A stretch of DNA of 64,000 bases from an uncultured bacterium (lineage in GTDB: Bacteria; Desulfobacterota_D; UBA1144; Nemesobacterales; UBA2774), in the NCBI GenBank assembly GCA_963825135.1, contig CAWGRW010000009.1, positions 1,344,001-1,408,000 of the forward strand. The letters run 5' to 3'. This document shows positions 21,228-31,402 of the stretch, one piece after another; within the stretch, counting starts at the first letter, position 1; every line of letters begins with the position of its first letter. The position numbers were made by a program, and so were the translations under genes. The notes under the pieces are model-generated. The model saw nothing but the letters and a program-made list of their open reading frames with translations, was not told the origin of the DNA and did not search any database.

Positions 21228-21439
21228 GACAGTTTGATATTACTCGATACATGAAATCGGAGTCAAGAAAGTCTTCCGCCGGTCTTAAAATCCGGACAAC
21301 CCCGCCCATTGCCGCCATATCCGGGCCCGGCAAATAAAATCATAACATAGCGGGAATAATTGAAACACGGACCTTCAACACCCTGCGCGCACGCCTCCGT
21401 TAATTTCGGTTTCTGCGCCGTACGTTGGAATTTGCGAAA

Positions 21440-23038
21440 TCATGTGCGGGGGGAGGCTATGTCGACCGCCTCTCCCCCCGGCATTTTCCTTCTTAGCAGG
21501 TTCATCAGGAACCGGGCCTCTTCTATCCTAAAAACCCTAGTGAGAACAAGAAATACGATTCCCGAGGCGCCTATCGAGAGCGCCAGCACCGCTACCTTAG
21601 TGATGGAAAAGGCCGAGCCCGTCCAGTCCGAGTAAGTCGAGATTTTCCAGGCCGCTCCCGCCATCACCGCCGAGACGACTATCATTTTAAGACAGAAGAC
21701 GACGATCGTTTTCGCCTTCAGGCTCCCCGTCCTCCTTTCCAGAAGGTATATGAGCGCGAGGAAGTTGAATACGGATGAGGCCGAGTTCGCGAGCGCGAGC
21801 CCCGTGTGTTCGAGCTTGAGCGTAAACCCGAGCACATAGCCGAGCGCCGCGTTCAGGATAAAGGCGAAAAACGCGACCACGACCGGGGTCTTCGTATCCT
21901 GCATCGCGTAGAACGCCGGGGCCGTTACCCTTAACCCGCCGACAGCCCAGAGCCCGAAGCAGTATCCTGACAGGGTCTGGGCGGTAGCCAGCGTCGCCTC
22001 GTATGTGAATTCCCCTCTTTGATAGAGGATGTTGCATATGGGGACCCTGAGGACGACGAGCCCGGCAAGCGACGGTATCAATATGAGGAGCAGGAGCTTG
22101 AGGGTAAAGGTATAGGTGCTGTGAAATTGTTCGTAGTCTCCTTTGCTGACATAACTCGAGAGACTCGGAAGAAGCACCGTCGCTATCGATACCGCGATTA
22201 TTCCCAGGGGAAACTCCGTGAGCCTCTCCGCGTAATAGAGGTAAGAGATGGTGCCCGCCGACATGTAGGAGGCGTACTGGGAGCTGACTATCAGGTTGAG
22301 GTTATATACGGCGAGCCCGAAGAGCTGGGGTACGAGAAGCAGCGCTATACGCTTGACGGCGGGATGCCGCAGGTTTTTTGTGAAGCTGAACATGAAGCCC
22401 TTGATGTGCAGATAAGGGAACTGCTGCACGAGCTGGAGGATGCCTCCGATTACCACCCCGATGGCGGCCGAATAAATCGGCAGCTTAAAGTGACTATGCA
22501 GGGCGAATATCGCTGCGATAGTCGCGATATTCAGCAGCACCGGGGAAAATGCGGGGGCGAAGAACATTCTCAGAGAATTCAGAACCCCCATGCACAGAGC
22601 GGCCAGGGAGACGAAAAAGATGTAAGGGAACATCACCCTGTTGAGGCTCACCGCGATTTCGAATGTCTTCTGATCGAAGCCGTATGCGAAGAGCTTGATG
22701 ATATAAGGCGAGAGTAGGATGCCGAGTATGGAGACGGCGATGAGGATTACAAATAAAATTGTGAATACTATGTCGGATACCTTCTTTGCTTCTTCCTTCC
22801 CCTGTTTTTCCAGAGTCTCCGTGAAAACCGGTATGAATGATATTGTCAGGGAGCCCTCCGCCAGGAGCCTCCTGAGGAGGTTCGGTATTCTGTAGGCAAT
22901 CCAGTATGCGTCGGTAAAGGTCGTCGCGCCGAAGTAATAGGCCATTACCATGTCCCTGAGATAACCCGCGATACGGCTGAGAATGGTTATCAAACCGACC
23001 ATTCCGACTGAGCGTGTAATTTGTTCTCTTTCCCTCAT
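21440..23038 (-). CDS. murJ: Lipid II flippase MurJ
   Basis: SRIAG.LRD, RIPNLLRRLLAEG, YAERL.EFPLG, FYAMQDTKTP; likely start is the ATG at 23038. Confidence 0.93.
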   Translation of the reverse strand: MREREQITRSVGMVGLITILSRIAGYLRDMVMAYYFGATTFTDAYWIAYRIPNLLRRLLAEGSLTISFIPVFTETLEKQGKEEAKKVSDIVFTILFVILIAVSILGILLSPYIIKLFAYGFDQKTFEIAVSLNRVMFPYIFFVSLAALCMGVLNSLRMFFAPAFSPVLLNIATIAAIFALHSHFKLPIYSAAIGVVIGGILQLVQQFPYLHIKGFMFSFTKNLRHPAVKRIALLLVPQLFGLAVYNLNLIVSSQYASYMSAGTISYLYYAERLTEFPLGIIAVSIATVLLPSLSSYVSKGDYEQFHSTYTFTLKLLLLILIPSLAGLVVLRVPICNILYQRGEFTYEATLATAQTLSGYCFGLWAVGGLRVTAPAFYAMQDTKTPVVVAFFAFILNAALGYVLGFTLKLEHTGLALANSASSVFNFLALIYLLERRTGSLKAKTIVVFCLKMIVVSAVMAGAAWKISTYSDWTGSAFSITKVAVLALSIGASGIVFLVLTRVFRIEEARFLMNLLRRKMPGGEAVDIASPRT

Positions 23039-23060
23039 ACGCGAGAGGGCCGGCGCAGCG

Positions 23061-23288
23061 TCAGATCCGCTCCCCGCCCGGTCCAACCTCCTCGAATTCA
23101 ATCTCTTTTTTCAACCTTTCAAGTATATTTCGGGCTTCCTCGAGAAGGTCCTCGGTCGGAATCACCTGAATAATCCCCGATTCCGGGTCATCCGTCCTTG
23201 CCCAGGCTATGTGTGAATACGTGCCCAGGATGGATTGGAAGTATACGGATTCGCTGTTATTTTTGAGCTTTATCGATATAGTAGGCAT
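23061..23288 (-). CDS. Small protein, DUF4911-like
   Basis: 75-aa ORF (MPTISIK...FQSILGTY.HIA..RT.DP..GII.VI...) directly upstream of murJ. Confidence 0.55.
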   Translation of the reverse strand: MPTISIKLKNNSESVYFQSILGTYSHIAWARTDDPESGIIQVIPTEDLLEEARNILERLKKEIEFEEVGPGGERI

Positions 23289-23620
23289 AAATTCGATTAC
23301 AGTGAATTGAAGTACAAGATTATATACAACTTTAATCACATTTCCGATTCCTGCCGGACAATTTTCACCGATTAAATAAATATCTATTACGACTTTAGGC
23401 ATCCGGTGGTACGGATTGGCATTATTACATTTTTTACAAGCCGGAGTTCGACGGACAATATTTCCTTATATGACAGGCTATTATCGTGCATTATTAAAGC
23501 GTTCGTCTCCGGTATTACCCGAAAACCTGCGTTTTTCGAGCCAATACATAAGTTATAAATGGAAGTTTTTATTAAAAACCTTCGAATTAGCTAAAAAATT
23601 GAGAAATATCATAAACTTAC

Positions 23621-23649
23621 TTGACAAACTTAAGACTAAGTTATATAGT
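23621..23649 (+). promoter_or_regulatory. Sigma70 promoter of the dcw cluster
   Basis: TTGACA (23621-23626), 17-nt spacer, TATAGT (23644-23649). Confidence 0.75.
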
Positions 23650-23681
23650 GGTTGTCAGTGGCATAAAGTGGCATAAGATGG
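23647..23681 (+). promoter_or_regulatory. MraZ operator boxes
   Basis: AGTGG at 23647, 23657 and 23667 and GATGG at 23677, a 10-bp period, immediately before mraZ. Confidence 0.75.
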
Positions 23682-23687
23682 TATGAT

Positions 23688-24134
23688 ATGTTCCGAGGAC
23701 GATACGAACATACTATGACTGACAAAGGACGCGTTAGTATCCCTGCGAAGTTTCGGGAAGTGTGCAGGGATAAATACGCGGACGAGACCTTGATTATTAC
23801 AAATTTTGATAAATGCCTGGTCGCTTATCCCCTCAAGGAATGGAACGAGATAGAGAAAAAAGTGTCCTCCCTCCCGCAGTTCAAGCAGGAGGTAATTTCC
23901 TTCCTGAGATACCTTATGGGGGGCGCCGTCGACTGTCCTCTCGACGGTCAGGGCAGAGTCCTCATTCCCCAGCCGCTCAGGACCCACGCCCGCCTGGACA
24001 AAGAGGTCATCATGCTCGGCATGCTGACGAGGATTGAAATCTGGTCAAAGGAAGTCTGGGAAGAGGAAGAGCAGGGCCGCGCATACGAAGAATTCAAGAA
24101 GAGCCGGGAGATACTTGCGGGACAAGGACTATAA
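23688..24134 (+). CDS. mraZ: Division/cell wall cluster regulator MraZ
   Basis: MFRGRYEH..DKGRVSIP, LDGQGRVLIP, RIEIW. Confidence 0.93.
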   Translation: MFRGRYEHTMTDKGRVSIPAKFREVCRDKYADETLIITNFDKCLVAYPLKEWNEIEKKVSSLPQFKQEVISFLRYLMGGAVDCPLDGQGRVLIPQPLRTHARLDKEVIMLGMLTRIEIWSKEVWEEEEQGRAYEEFKKSREILAGQGL

Positions 24135-24138
24135 GGAC

Positions 24139-25098
24139 ATGGAAAACGCCGTCATGGAAGTACCCAAACCGATCCATCTGCCGGTTCTCAGCGAAGAGGT
24201 TGTGAGCTGCCTGATAACCCGCCCCGAGGGGATATACGTGGACGCCACCCTGGGTATGGGCGGCCACACCAAATCCATACTCGATTGCACTAACTCCAGA
24301 TCGCTCGTCATAGGACTCGACGTTGACGAGGAGGCGATTTCCATATCCCGCGAGGCGCTCTCCAGATACAACGGCCATGTTATCTACCGCAATAGTAATT
24401 TCTCCGACGTGGACAAGGTTCTCGACAGCCTCGATATAAGGGAAGTCGACGGCATTATCGCCGACCTCGGAATGTCCTCCTACCAGATCGAATCGAGCGA
24501 AAGGGGGTTCAGCTTCATGAGGGAAGAGCCTCTCGATATGAGGATGGACCCGAGACTCAGGTTTACGGCGTACGACCTCGTAAACGAAATGACCATGGAT
24601 GAGATATCGAGGGTATTAAAAATGTACGGAGAGGAGAAGTGGTCGAGGAGGATCGCCAAAAGAATCGTCGAGACCAGGAAAGAGGGTCCCATCAAGACAT
24701 CCGCCGAGCTCGCCAGGGTTGTTTCTCTCGCGATCCCGAAGAAATTTCATCCCGCCCGGATACACCCGGCGACCAAGACATTTCAGGCGCTCCGCATAGC
24801 AGTCAACAACGAGCTTGAGAATATCAGAGAGTTCATAGGGAAAGCCGTAACCAGGCTCAGAACCGGCGGAAGACTCGTCATCATCTCTTTTCACTCGCTC
24901 GAGGACAGGCTTGTTAAAACGAGCTTTCTCAAGATGGCGTCCCCATGCGTGTGTCCTCCGGATATGCCGGTATGCGGCTGCGGCAGGAAAAGGATCCTCA
25001 AGGTCGTCACCCGCTCGCCTGTAATCCCGGGCGACGAAGAGATTATGAACAACCCCAGGGCGCGAAGCGCAAAAATGAGGGTTGGGGAAAGGGTGTAG
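24139..25098 (+). CDS. rsmH: 16S rRNA m4C1402 methyltransferase
   Basis: HLPV, DATLG.GGH, DLGMSS.Q, PLDMRMD, FQALRIAVN.EL, SFHSLEDR, NPRARSAK. Confidence 0.95.
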   Translation: MENAVMEVPKPIHLPVLSEEVVSCLITRPEGIYVDATLGMGGHTKSILDCTNSRSLVIGLDVDEEAISISREALSRYNGHVIYRNSNFSDVDKVLDSLDIREVDGIIADLGMSSYQIESSERGFSFMREEPLDMRMDPRLRFTAYDLVNEMTMDEISRVLKMYGEEKWSRRIAKRIVETRKEGPIKTSAELARVVSLAIPKKFHPARIHPATKTFQALRIAVNNELENIREFIGKAVTRLRTGGRLVIISFHSLEDRLVKTSFLKMASPCVCPPDMPVCGCGRKRILKVVTRSPVIPGDEEIMNNPRARSAKMRVGERV

Positions 25099-25100
25099 GA

Positions 25101-25439
25101 ATGGCTCACGTTAAAGTCCTCGGCTCGAGGGAAAAGGAAAAATCCGAAAAAACCGGTTTGTCGACCGGCTTTGTAATAATAGTGCTGATCGCCGTCGCTC
25201 TTTCTCTTTTCTATGTCAGGTTTAAAGTCGAGGAATTGAAATTGGGTTATGACATTTCCCGCAATAACAAACAGACCAACGAGCTACTGAAGGAGAAACG
25301 GATACTTCAGTCGGAGTTTATGAAGGCGAAGTCGCCCGACAAGCTCGAGCAGGCGGCTCTGGAAATGGGGTTCAAGTATCCGACTCAGGAAGACATAATT
25401 TACGTGGAGGAGACCACGGTCGCTGATAGTAAAAAATGA
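25101..25439 (+). CDS. ftsL: Cell division protein FtsL
   Basis: Single TM segment plus coiled coil and LEQAA..MG motif; lies between rsmH and ftsI. Confidence 0.75.
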   Translation: MAHVKVLGSREKEKSEKTGLSTGFVIIVLIAVALSLFYVRFKVEELKLGYDISRNNKQTNELLKEKRILQSEFMKAKSPDKLEQAALEMGFKYPTQEDIIYVEETTVADSKK

Positions 25440-27361
25440 AGCCCAAAAAGAGCTCAAAGAGAATTTCTCTGGGAAGGGACCTCGACAGGCCGAAATGGAA
25501 GATTGTGGTCGTCGGGGGTTTTATGCTCGTCCTCTTTTTGTCCGTATGTATCAAGGCCCTGGACCTTCAGGTCCTCGATCGTGATCGCGCGTTCGCTATC
25601 GCGAGAAAGCAGCACGAGGGGAGCTCGACCCTTCTCCCCCGCCGCGGAAAAATCCTCGACCGGAACGGTAAGGAGCTCGCCGTCAACGTCGAGATCAAGT
25701 CCATTTTCGCCAACCCGTATGCGGTGAAGAACCCGGCTGAGCTGTCGAAAATGCTGTCGGCCAAGCTCGGGATGCCGGAAAAGAGCCTGCTCCAGAAGCT
25801 CACATCGAAATCCTCGTTCGTCTGGATAGACAGGCTCGTCGATCCGTCGATCACAACCGAGCTCGAGGCTATGAAGCTCGAGGGGATCGGCTTCATTGAA
25901 GAGCCCAAGCGCGTGTATCCGAACGGGACCCTTATGGGGCAGGTCCTCGGTTTTACCAATATCGATTCCACAGGCGTGGAGGGCATAGAATACCGTTACG
26001 ACGGGCTCCTGATCGGGAAGCCCGGAAAGATCACGCTTCAAAGAGACGCGCGTGGAAGAAAGATTATTAACAACCCCGATATAGTCGCCGACTTCGGCGA
26101 AGCGAAGACCGCGGGCCACGATATTATCCTGACGATAGACTCCCAGATTCAGCATATAGTTGAGCGGGAGTTGAAAGACGGTATAGAAAAGATGAACGCG
26201 GAGAAAGGAATGGCCATACTGCTCGACCCCGAGACCGGGGAAGTGCTGGCGATGGCGTCCTACCCGTTTCTCGATCCGAACAAGTACGGCGATTACCCGC
26301 TCGACTACAGGAGGAACCTCCCGGTCTGGTACTCCTACGAGCCCGGATCCACCATGAAGGTGTTCCTTACCTCAAGCGCGCTTCAGGAAAAAGTGGCGAC
26401 CCCGGATACCGAATTTTACTGTGAGGCCGGAAGGAGACAGGTGGGCGCCAAGATCATAAGGGACGTAAAACCCTACGGGACCCTTACCCTCGCCGATGTG
26501 GTAAGGGTATCGAGCAATATCGGAGCTTCAAAGATTGGGGAGCTTTTGGGAAAGGAGAAATACTATAGCTATCTGAAAAAATTCGGATTCGGCGACAAGA
26601 CCGGGATCGATGTCCCCGGCGAATCGGGCGGGAGACTCGCAAGCCCGAAATCCTGGGGGAAGATAGAGCTTGCCACGATCTCTTTCGGTCAGGGGATTTC
26701 CGTCACGGCGCTCCAGCTCGCGTCCGCGCTGTCCGCGGTCGCCAACGGCGGTTATCTCATGAAGCCGTATATAGTTAAAGAGATAATCAGCGCCGACGGA
26801 AACGTTATAAGGGAAACTAAACCGGAAGTCGAAAGCCGCGTTATCTCGTACGATACGAGCATGGAAATGACCCGGATACTGGAGCGGGTGGTGGAAGAGG
26901 GGACGGGAAAGAAGGCGGCTATTCCCGGCTATAAAGTCGCCGGGAAGACCGGGACGGCGCAGATGCCGGACCCGGTTAACGGGGGATATTATCAAGACCG
27001 GTATATCGCGTCCTTCATCGGGTTCGCCCCTTCGGACGACCCGAAGCTAACCCTCGTGGTCGTAGTCGAAGCTCCGAAGGTAATGACGCACGGCGGTTCG
27101 GTCTCCGCCCCCATATTTAAACAAATCGCGGAGAAAGTGCTCTTCCATATGGGCGTCTCGCCCAGGAAGGAGCTCGTGGGCGCGAAGGTCATGCCCGACC
27201 TCAGCGGAAAGAGCGTAAGGGACATACTTAAATGGTCCGAACAGGAAGGCATCAAGGTTAACGTTAAGGGAAGCGGATACGTAACTAACCAGAGCCCGCT
27301 GCCGGGCGATAGGATCAAGGAAGGTATGGTATGTTCTATAGAGCTTAAACAGAATATATGA
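25436..27361 (+). CDS. ftsI: Class B penicillin-binding protein with PASTA domain
   Basis: RG.ILDRNG, R.YP.G, EPGSTMK, SSN, KTGTAQ; C-terminal PASTA (MPDLSGKS). Confidence 0.93.
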   Translation: MKPKKSSKRISLGRDLDRPKWKIVVVGGFMLVLFLSVCIKALDLQVLDRDRAFAIARKQHEGSSTLLPRRGKILDRNGKELAVNVEIKSIFANPYAVKNPAELSKMLSAKLGMPEKSLLQKLTSKSSFVWIDRLVDPSITTELEAMKLEGIGFIEEPKRVYPNGTLMGQVLGFTNIDSTGVEGIEYRYDGLLIGKPGKITLQRDARGRKIINNPDIVADFGEAKTAGHDIILTIDSQIQHIVERELKDGIEKMNAEKGMAILLDPETGEVLAMASYPFLDPNKYGDYPLDYRRNLPVWYSYEPGSTMKVFLTSSALQEKVATPDTEFYCEAGRRQVGAKIIRDVKPYGTLTLADVVRVSSNIGASKIGELLGKEKYYSYLKKFGFGDKTGIDVPGESGGRLASPKSWGKIELATISFGQGISVTALQLASALSAVANGGYLMKPYIVKEIISADGNVIRETKPEVESRVISYDTSMEMTRILERVVEEGTGKKAAIPGYKVAGKTGTAQMPDPVNGGYYQDRYIASFIGFAPSDDPKLTLVVVVEAPKVMTHGGSVSAPIFKQIAEKVLFHMGVSPRKELVGAKVMPDLSGKSVRDILKWSEQEGIKVNVKGSGYVTNQSPLPGDRIKEGMVCSIELKQNI

Positions 27362-28848
27362 TACTTACGGAATTAATACGAGGATTACGGATAAAAAAGT
27401 TCGATGGAAACGACGGGTTGGAGATTTCAGGTATTGCGGTCGATTCGAATAAAGTTAAGGATGGATACCTGTTTGTCGCATTAAAGGGAGAAAAGACCGA
27501 CGGCCACAGATACATTGAGTCGGCGGTTAAGAACGGCGCGAAGGCTCTATTGGTGGAGGATGCGCCCGGGAGCTCCCTTCCCGGGATTTCCGTTATAGAG
27601 GCAGGGGATTCGAGGGAATCGCTTGCGAAGGTGTCTGCTAATTTTTACGGTCATCCTACGGGAGAGCTGTGCCTTGCGGGCGTGACGGGCACGAACGGAA
27701 AAACGACGATTACATATCTCCTCGAGTCCATCTGGAAGAAGGAGAACAAAAGGCCGGGCGTCATCGGCACGATCGAGTACAGGTACGGTGATAAAAAAGC
27801 CGAAGCTCCGATGACGACGCCGGAATCGCTTGATCTTATGAGGATGTTCAGAGAAATGCGGGATTCGAGAGTTGATACGGTGGCGATGGAAGTGTCTTCC
27901 CATGCGGTAGACAGAAAAAGGGTGCTGGAATGCCAATTCGATGCCGCTGTCTTTACCAACCTGACCCAGGATCACCTGGATTATCACGGGACTATAGAGA
28001 ATTACTTCAACGCGAAGAAGAGGCTCTTTACCGAGCTCCTGCGCGAGAGCGGGAAGAAGGACAAATTCTCCGTAATCAACATTGACGACCCGTACGGAAT
28101 CGAAATCGTGAAAGAAGCGCCCGGTACGGTCGTCACCTACTCCATTATGAACAAAAAGGCCTCGGTGTTCGCCGAAAGTTACAGAGTGTCGGAGGAAGGC
28201 ATAAGCGCGCGCTTGAAAACTCCCCGCGGGAGCCTCGAAATAAAATCCCCTCTTTTCGGGGAGCATAATCTGTCCAATATCCTGGCCGCTGTATCCGCGG
28301 CGCTCTCGCTCGGCTGCTCGGCGGGATCCGCGGAAGAGGCGATTGCCGGATTCCCCGCAGTCCCCGGGAGGCTGGAAAGGGTTGAAAATCCCCTCGGCTT
28401 TCAGGTTCTGGTGGATTACGCGCATACCCCTGACGCGCTCAAGAACGTGCTTCGCGCCGTCAGACCGCTGACGGAAGGCACGGTCATTCTTGTATTCGGA
28501 TGCGGCGGGGACAGGGACAGGACCAAGAGGCCCAAAATGGGCGTCATAGGCAGGGAGCTTTCCGATATCCTTATAGTTACGTCGGATAACCCGCGTACCG
28601 AGCCCCCGGAGCAAATTTTAGATGAAATCGAGAGGGGCGTCCTTGAATCCCCCTCCGGCGATAAACCCTATTTCATGGTGTCCGACAGGAAGGAAGCTAT
28701 AAAAAAGGCCCTCCACATGGCCCGCGCCGGGGATACGGTACTCATAGCCGGCAAAGGGCACGAGGACTATCAGATTATAGGCACGACCAAGTTCCCGTTC
28801 GACGACAGGACAGTCGCCGGGGATATATTAAAGGAGATGCTGAATTAG
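27358..28848 (+). CDS. murE: UDP-MurNAc-dipeptide:meso-DAP ligase
   Basis: GTNGKTT, MEVSSH, DHLDYH, DYAHTPD, DNPR (DAP-type), AGKGHE. Confidence 0.95.
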   Translation: MILTELIRGLRIKKFDGNDGLEISGIAVDSNKVKDGYLFVALKGEKTDGHRYIESAVKNGAKALLVEDAPGSSLPGISVIEAGDSRESLAKVSANFYGHPTGELCLAGVTGTNGKTTITYLLESIWKKENKRPGVIGTIEYRYGDKKAEAPMTTPESLDLMRMFREMRDSRVDTVAMEVSSHAVDRKRVLECQFDAAVFTNLTQDHLDYHGTIENYFNAKKRLFTELLRESGKKDKFSVINIDDPYGIEIVKEAPGTVVTYSIMNKKASVFAESYRVSEEGISARLKTPRGSLEIKSPLFGEHNLSNILAAVSAALSLGCSAGSAEEAIAGFPAVPGRLERVENPLGFQVLVDYAHTPDALKNVLRAVRPLTEGTVILVFGCGGDRDRTKRPKMGVIGRELSDILIVTSDNPRTEPPEQILDEIERGVLESPSGDKPYFMVSDRKEAIKKALHMARAGDTVLIAGKGHEDYQIIGTTKFPFDDRTVAGDILKEMLN

Positions 28849-28863
28849 TTTTTCGATAATAAA

Positions 28864-30228
28864 ATGCTCGGATTGGACTTCGTTCTCAATTCAACCAAGG
28901 GAAAGCTCGTCTCCGGCCGGGGGCAGGGCGATTTTTCGGGCGTAAGCACCGATTCGAGGAATATAAGGGCCGGAGAAATATTCTTTGCGCTTAAAGGCGA
29001 TAATCATGACGGGCATGAATATGTCCGCGAGGCGCTGAAAAAGGGCGCGGCCGGGGCGGTAATCGAAGACGGCGCAAGAGCGCACAACGACGGGAAGCTG
29101 TTTATTCAGGTGCCGTCCACCCTCAAAGCGCTCGGCGATCTCGCCTGCGAGTGGAGGAAGAGCTTCCCTGAGCTTAAGCTCGCGGCCATCACGGGCTCAA
29201 ACGGCAAAACTACCACAAAGGAAATGGCCTGGAGCATTGTTTCACTCGGATACCCGACGCTAAAGAATACGGGGAATTTCAATAACCTTATCGGGCTTCC
29301 CCTTACGCTCTTCATGCTCGACGCGAGCTACAAAGCCGCGGTTGTGGAGCTGGGAATGAACGATTTCGGCGAGATCGGAAGGCTCGCCGAGATTGCGCTC
29401 CCGGACACGGGCGCGATCACGAACATAGGAAGAGCGCATCTGGAAAAACTCGGGGGGCTCGAAGGCGTGGCCAGGGCCAAGGGCGAGCTCGTCGAAGGGT
29501 TCCGGGGGGACCGGGTATTTGTCGTGAATGCGGACGACCCGCGGATAGTCGGCATTGCCGCAAATACGGATTGCAGGAAGATTACATACGGCATGGTATC
29601 GAAAGAGGCCGACCTTACGGCGAGTGATGTGGAGCAGGACGGCTTCTCCGGGATAAATTTCCGTATGCGCGCGGAAGGGAGCGAATTCCCCGTGAGGATA
29701 AACTGCATCGGGATGCATAACGTGATGAACGCCCTCTGCGCCTCCGGTATCGCGCTTTCGTTCGGATGCGGGAAGGACGAGATTACCGAAGGCCTCCGGG
29801 GTTTTACACCAGCTCACATGAGGCTCGAAGTCCTGGAAAGCCCTCACGGCTTCAGGGTTATAAACGACACCTACAACGCGAATCCCGACTCCATGCGGAG
29901 CGCGGTAAGCGAGCTTATAAGATTAAAGGGCAAGGGCAAGGCGATAGCCGTGCTCGGGGACATGCTGGAGCTTGGGGCGAGCGGCGATTCCGAGCACCTG
30001 GGCCTCGGGGAGTATCTATCGGCGGCGCGCGTGGATTACGTAGTCGCATGCGGAAATTTCGGGCGGAAGATTCTGGAAGGGGCCGGCAGCGGCGCGAACT
30101 GCTTTTACGCGGAGTCGCACGATGAGGCGGCAAGGACTGTTATCGCAATCGCAAAGCCCGGCGATCTGGTGCTGGTGAAGGGCTCGCGCGGGATGAGGAT
30201 GGAAGAGGTCACGAAGAGGCTCGTCTAA
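28864..30228 (+). CDS. murF: UDP-MurNAc-tripeptide:D-Ala-D-Ala ligase
   Basis: GSNGKTTTKE, NNLIGLP, DTYNANP, LGDMLELG, KGSRG. Confidence 0.95.
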   Translation: MLGLDFVLNSTKGKLVSGRGQGDFSGVSTDSRNIRAGEIFFALKGDNHDGHEYVREALKKGAAGAVIEDGARAHNDGKLFIQVPSTLKALGDLACEWRKSFPELKLAAITGSNGKTTTKEMAWSIVSLGYPTLKNTGNFNNLIGLPLTLFMLDASYKAAVVELGMNDFGEIGRLAEIALPDTGAITNIGRAHLEKLGGLEGVARAKGELVEGFRGDRVFVVNADDPRIVGIAANTDCRKITYGMVSKEADLTASDVEQDGFSGINFRMRAEGSEFPVRINCIGMHNVMNALCASGIALSFGCGKDEITEGLRGFTPAHMRLEVLESPHGFRVINDTYNANPDSMRSAVSELIRLKGKGKAIAVLGDMLELGASGDSEHLGLGEYLSAARVDYVVACGNFGRKILEGAGSGANCFYAESHDEAARTVIAIAKPGDLVLVKGSRGMRMEEVTKRLV

Positions 30229-30239
30229 GGAGTATTTAA

Positions 30240-31349
30240 ATGTTTCACCTTCTTTATTTGCTGAAGGGCGATTTTATTCTTTTCAACGTATTCAGATACA
30301 TCACGTTCCGGTCGTTCGGGGCGGGCGTGACGGCTTTCCTGATCAGCATCGTCTTAGGCGGGGTCTTCATCAATTTCCTAAAGAAAAAGCAGTTCAGGGA
30401 AACTATCAGGGACGACGGACCTGCATCGCACAAGACAAAGGCGGGGACGCCTACGATGGGCGGGGCGTTTATAGTTTTAGCGATACTGTTCTCATCGCTC
30501 CTCTGGCTCAATCTCACGAGCGAAATAGTATGGGTGGTCCTCCTTTTTACGTTGAGCTACGCGCTTATAGGGTTTCTCGACGACTGGATGAAATATTCGA
30601 GGAAGAAGGGCATGAAGGCGAGGGTCAAGATGTCGCTTCAGATACTGTTCGGGGTGCTGTTCGTGCTTCTCATAATGAGCGATCTCCACGGCTTTACGAT
30701 GTCGGTGAGCGCGAACCAGGTTTCCGATTACTCCTTTTCGTCGGTCGTATTCCCGTTTTTCAAAAAGGCCGTGATCAATCTCGGCTGGTTCTATATCCCC
30801 CTCGCCCTGTTAGTCGTGGTGGGCGCTTCAAACGGCGTTAATCTCACAGACGGGCTCGACGGGCTCGCGATCGGCTCGATCGCGGTCGCGGCCGCGACGT
30901 ATACCATCTTCGCCTACCTTTCAGGCCACGTGGAATTCTCCAGATACCTCCAGATACCCTATATCCCCGAGGGCGGGGAGCTTGCGGTCTATCTTGCCGC
31001 CGTGGGAGGGGCGTGTCTCGGGTTCTTGTGGTACAACTCTCACCCGGCCCAGGTGTTCATGGGCGACGTCGGGTCCCTGGCGCTCGGCGCCGCGATCGGA
31101 TCCGTTGCGCTGATATTAAAGCAGGAGATACTTTTGATCCTCGTGGGCGGGGTCTTCGTGGCCGAGGCGCTGTCCGTTATCATACAGGTCGCGTCGTTCA
31201 AGCTCACGGGGAAAAGGGTGTTCAGGATGGCCCCCCTCCACCATCATTTCGAGCTCTCGGGCTGGTCGGAGTCCAAAGTGGTAATAAGGTTCTGGATAAT
31301 ATCGCTCGTTCTTTCCCTGTTCGCTCTGTCGACGCTGAAGCTCAGATAA
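30240..31349 (+). CDS. mraY: Phospho-MurNAc-pentapeptide transferase
   Basis: KAGTPTMGG, GFLDD, NLTDGLDGL, FMGDVGS, MAPLHHHFE. Confidence 0.96.
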   Translation: MFHLLYLLKGDFILFNVFRYITFRSFGAGVTAFLISIVLGGVFINFLKKKQFRETIRDDGPASHKTKAGTPTMGGAFIVLAILFSSLLWLNLTSEIVWVVLLFTLSYALIGFLDDWMKYSRKKGMKARVKMSLQILFGVLFVLLIMSDLHGFTMSVSANQVSDYSFSSVVFPFFKKAVINLGWFYIPLALLVVVGASNGVNLTDGLDGLAIGSIAVAAATYTIFAYLSGHVEFSRYLQIPYIPEGGELAVYLAAVGGACLGFLWYNSHPAQVFMGDVGSLALGAAIGSVALILKQEILLILVGGVFVAEALSVIIQVASFKLTGKRVFRMAPLHHHFELSGWSESKVVIRFWIISLVLSLFALSTLKLR

Positions 31350-31402
31350 CTGCAATAATAAAATTCGTGTATGTGCATGAAAGGCGGTGGCAATAAATTC
31401 AA

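Noticed and set aside
23416..23676. 86-aa ORF upstream of mraZ
   Set aside because: AT-rich divergent promoter region containing the dcw promoter and MraZ boxes; no SD or motif
27547..28614. 355-aa antisense ORF (and similar ones at 37985-38932, 14682-15491, 7814-8554, 22019-22717, 39548-40312)
   Set aside because: They lie almost wholly opposite well-conserved genes, show no motifs, and are expected shadows of GC-rich codon usage
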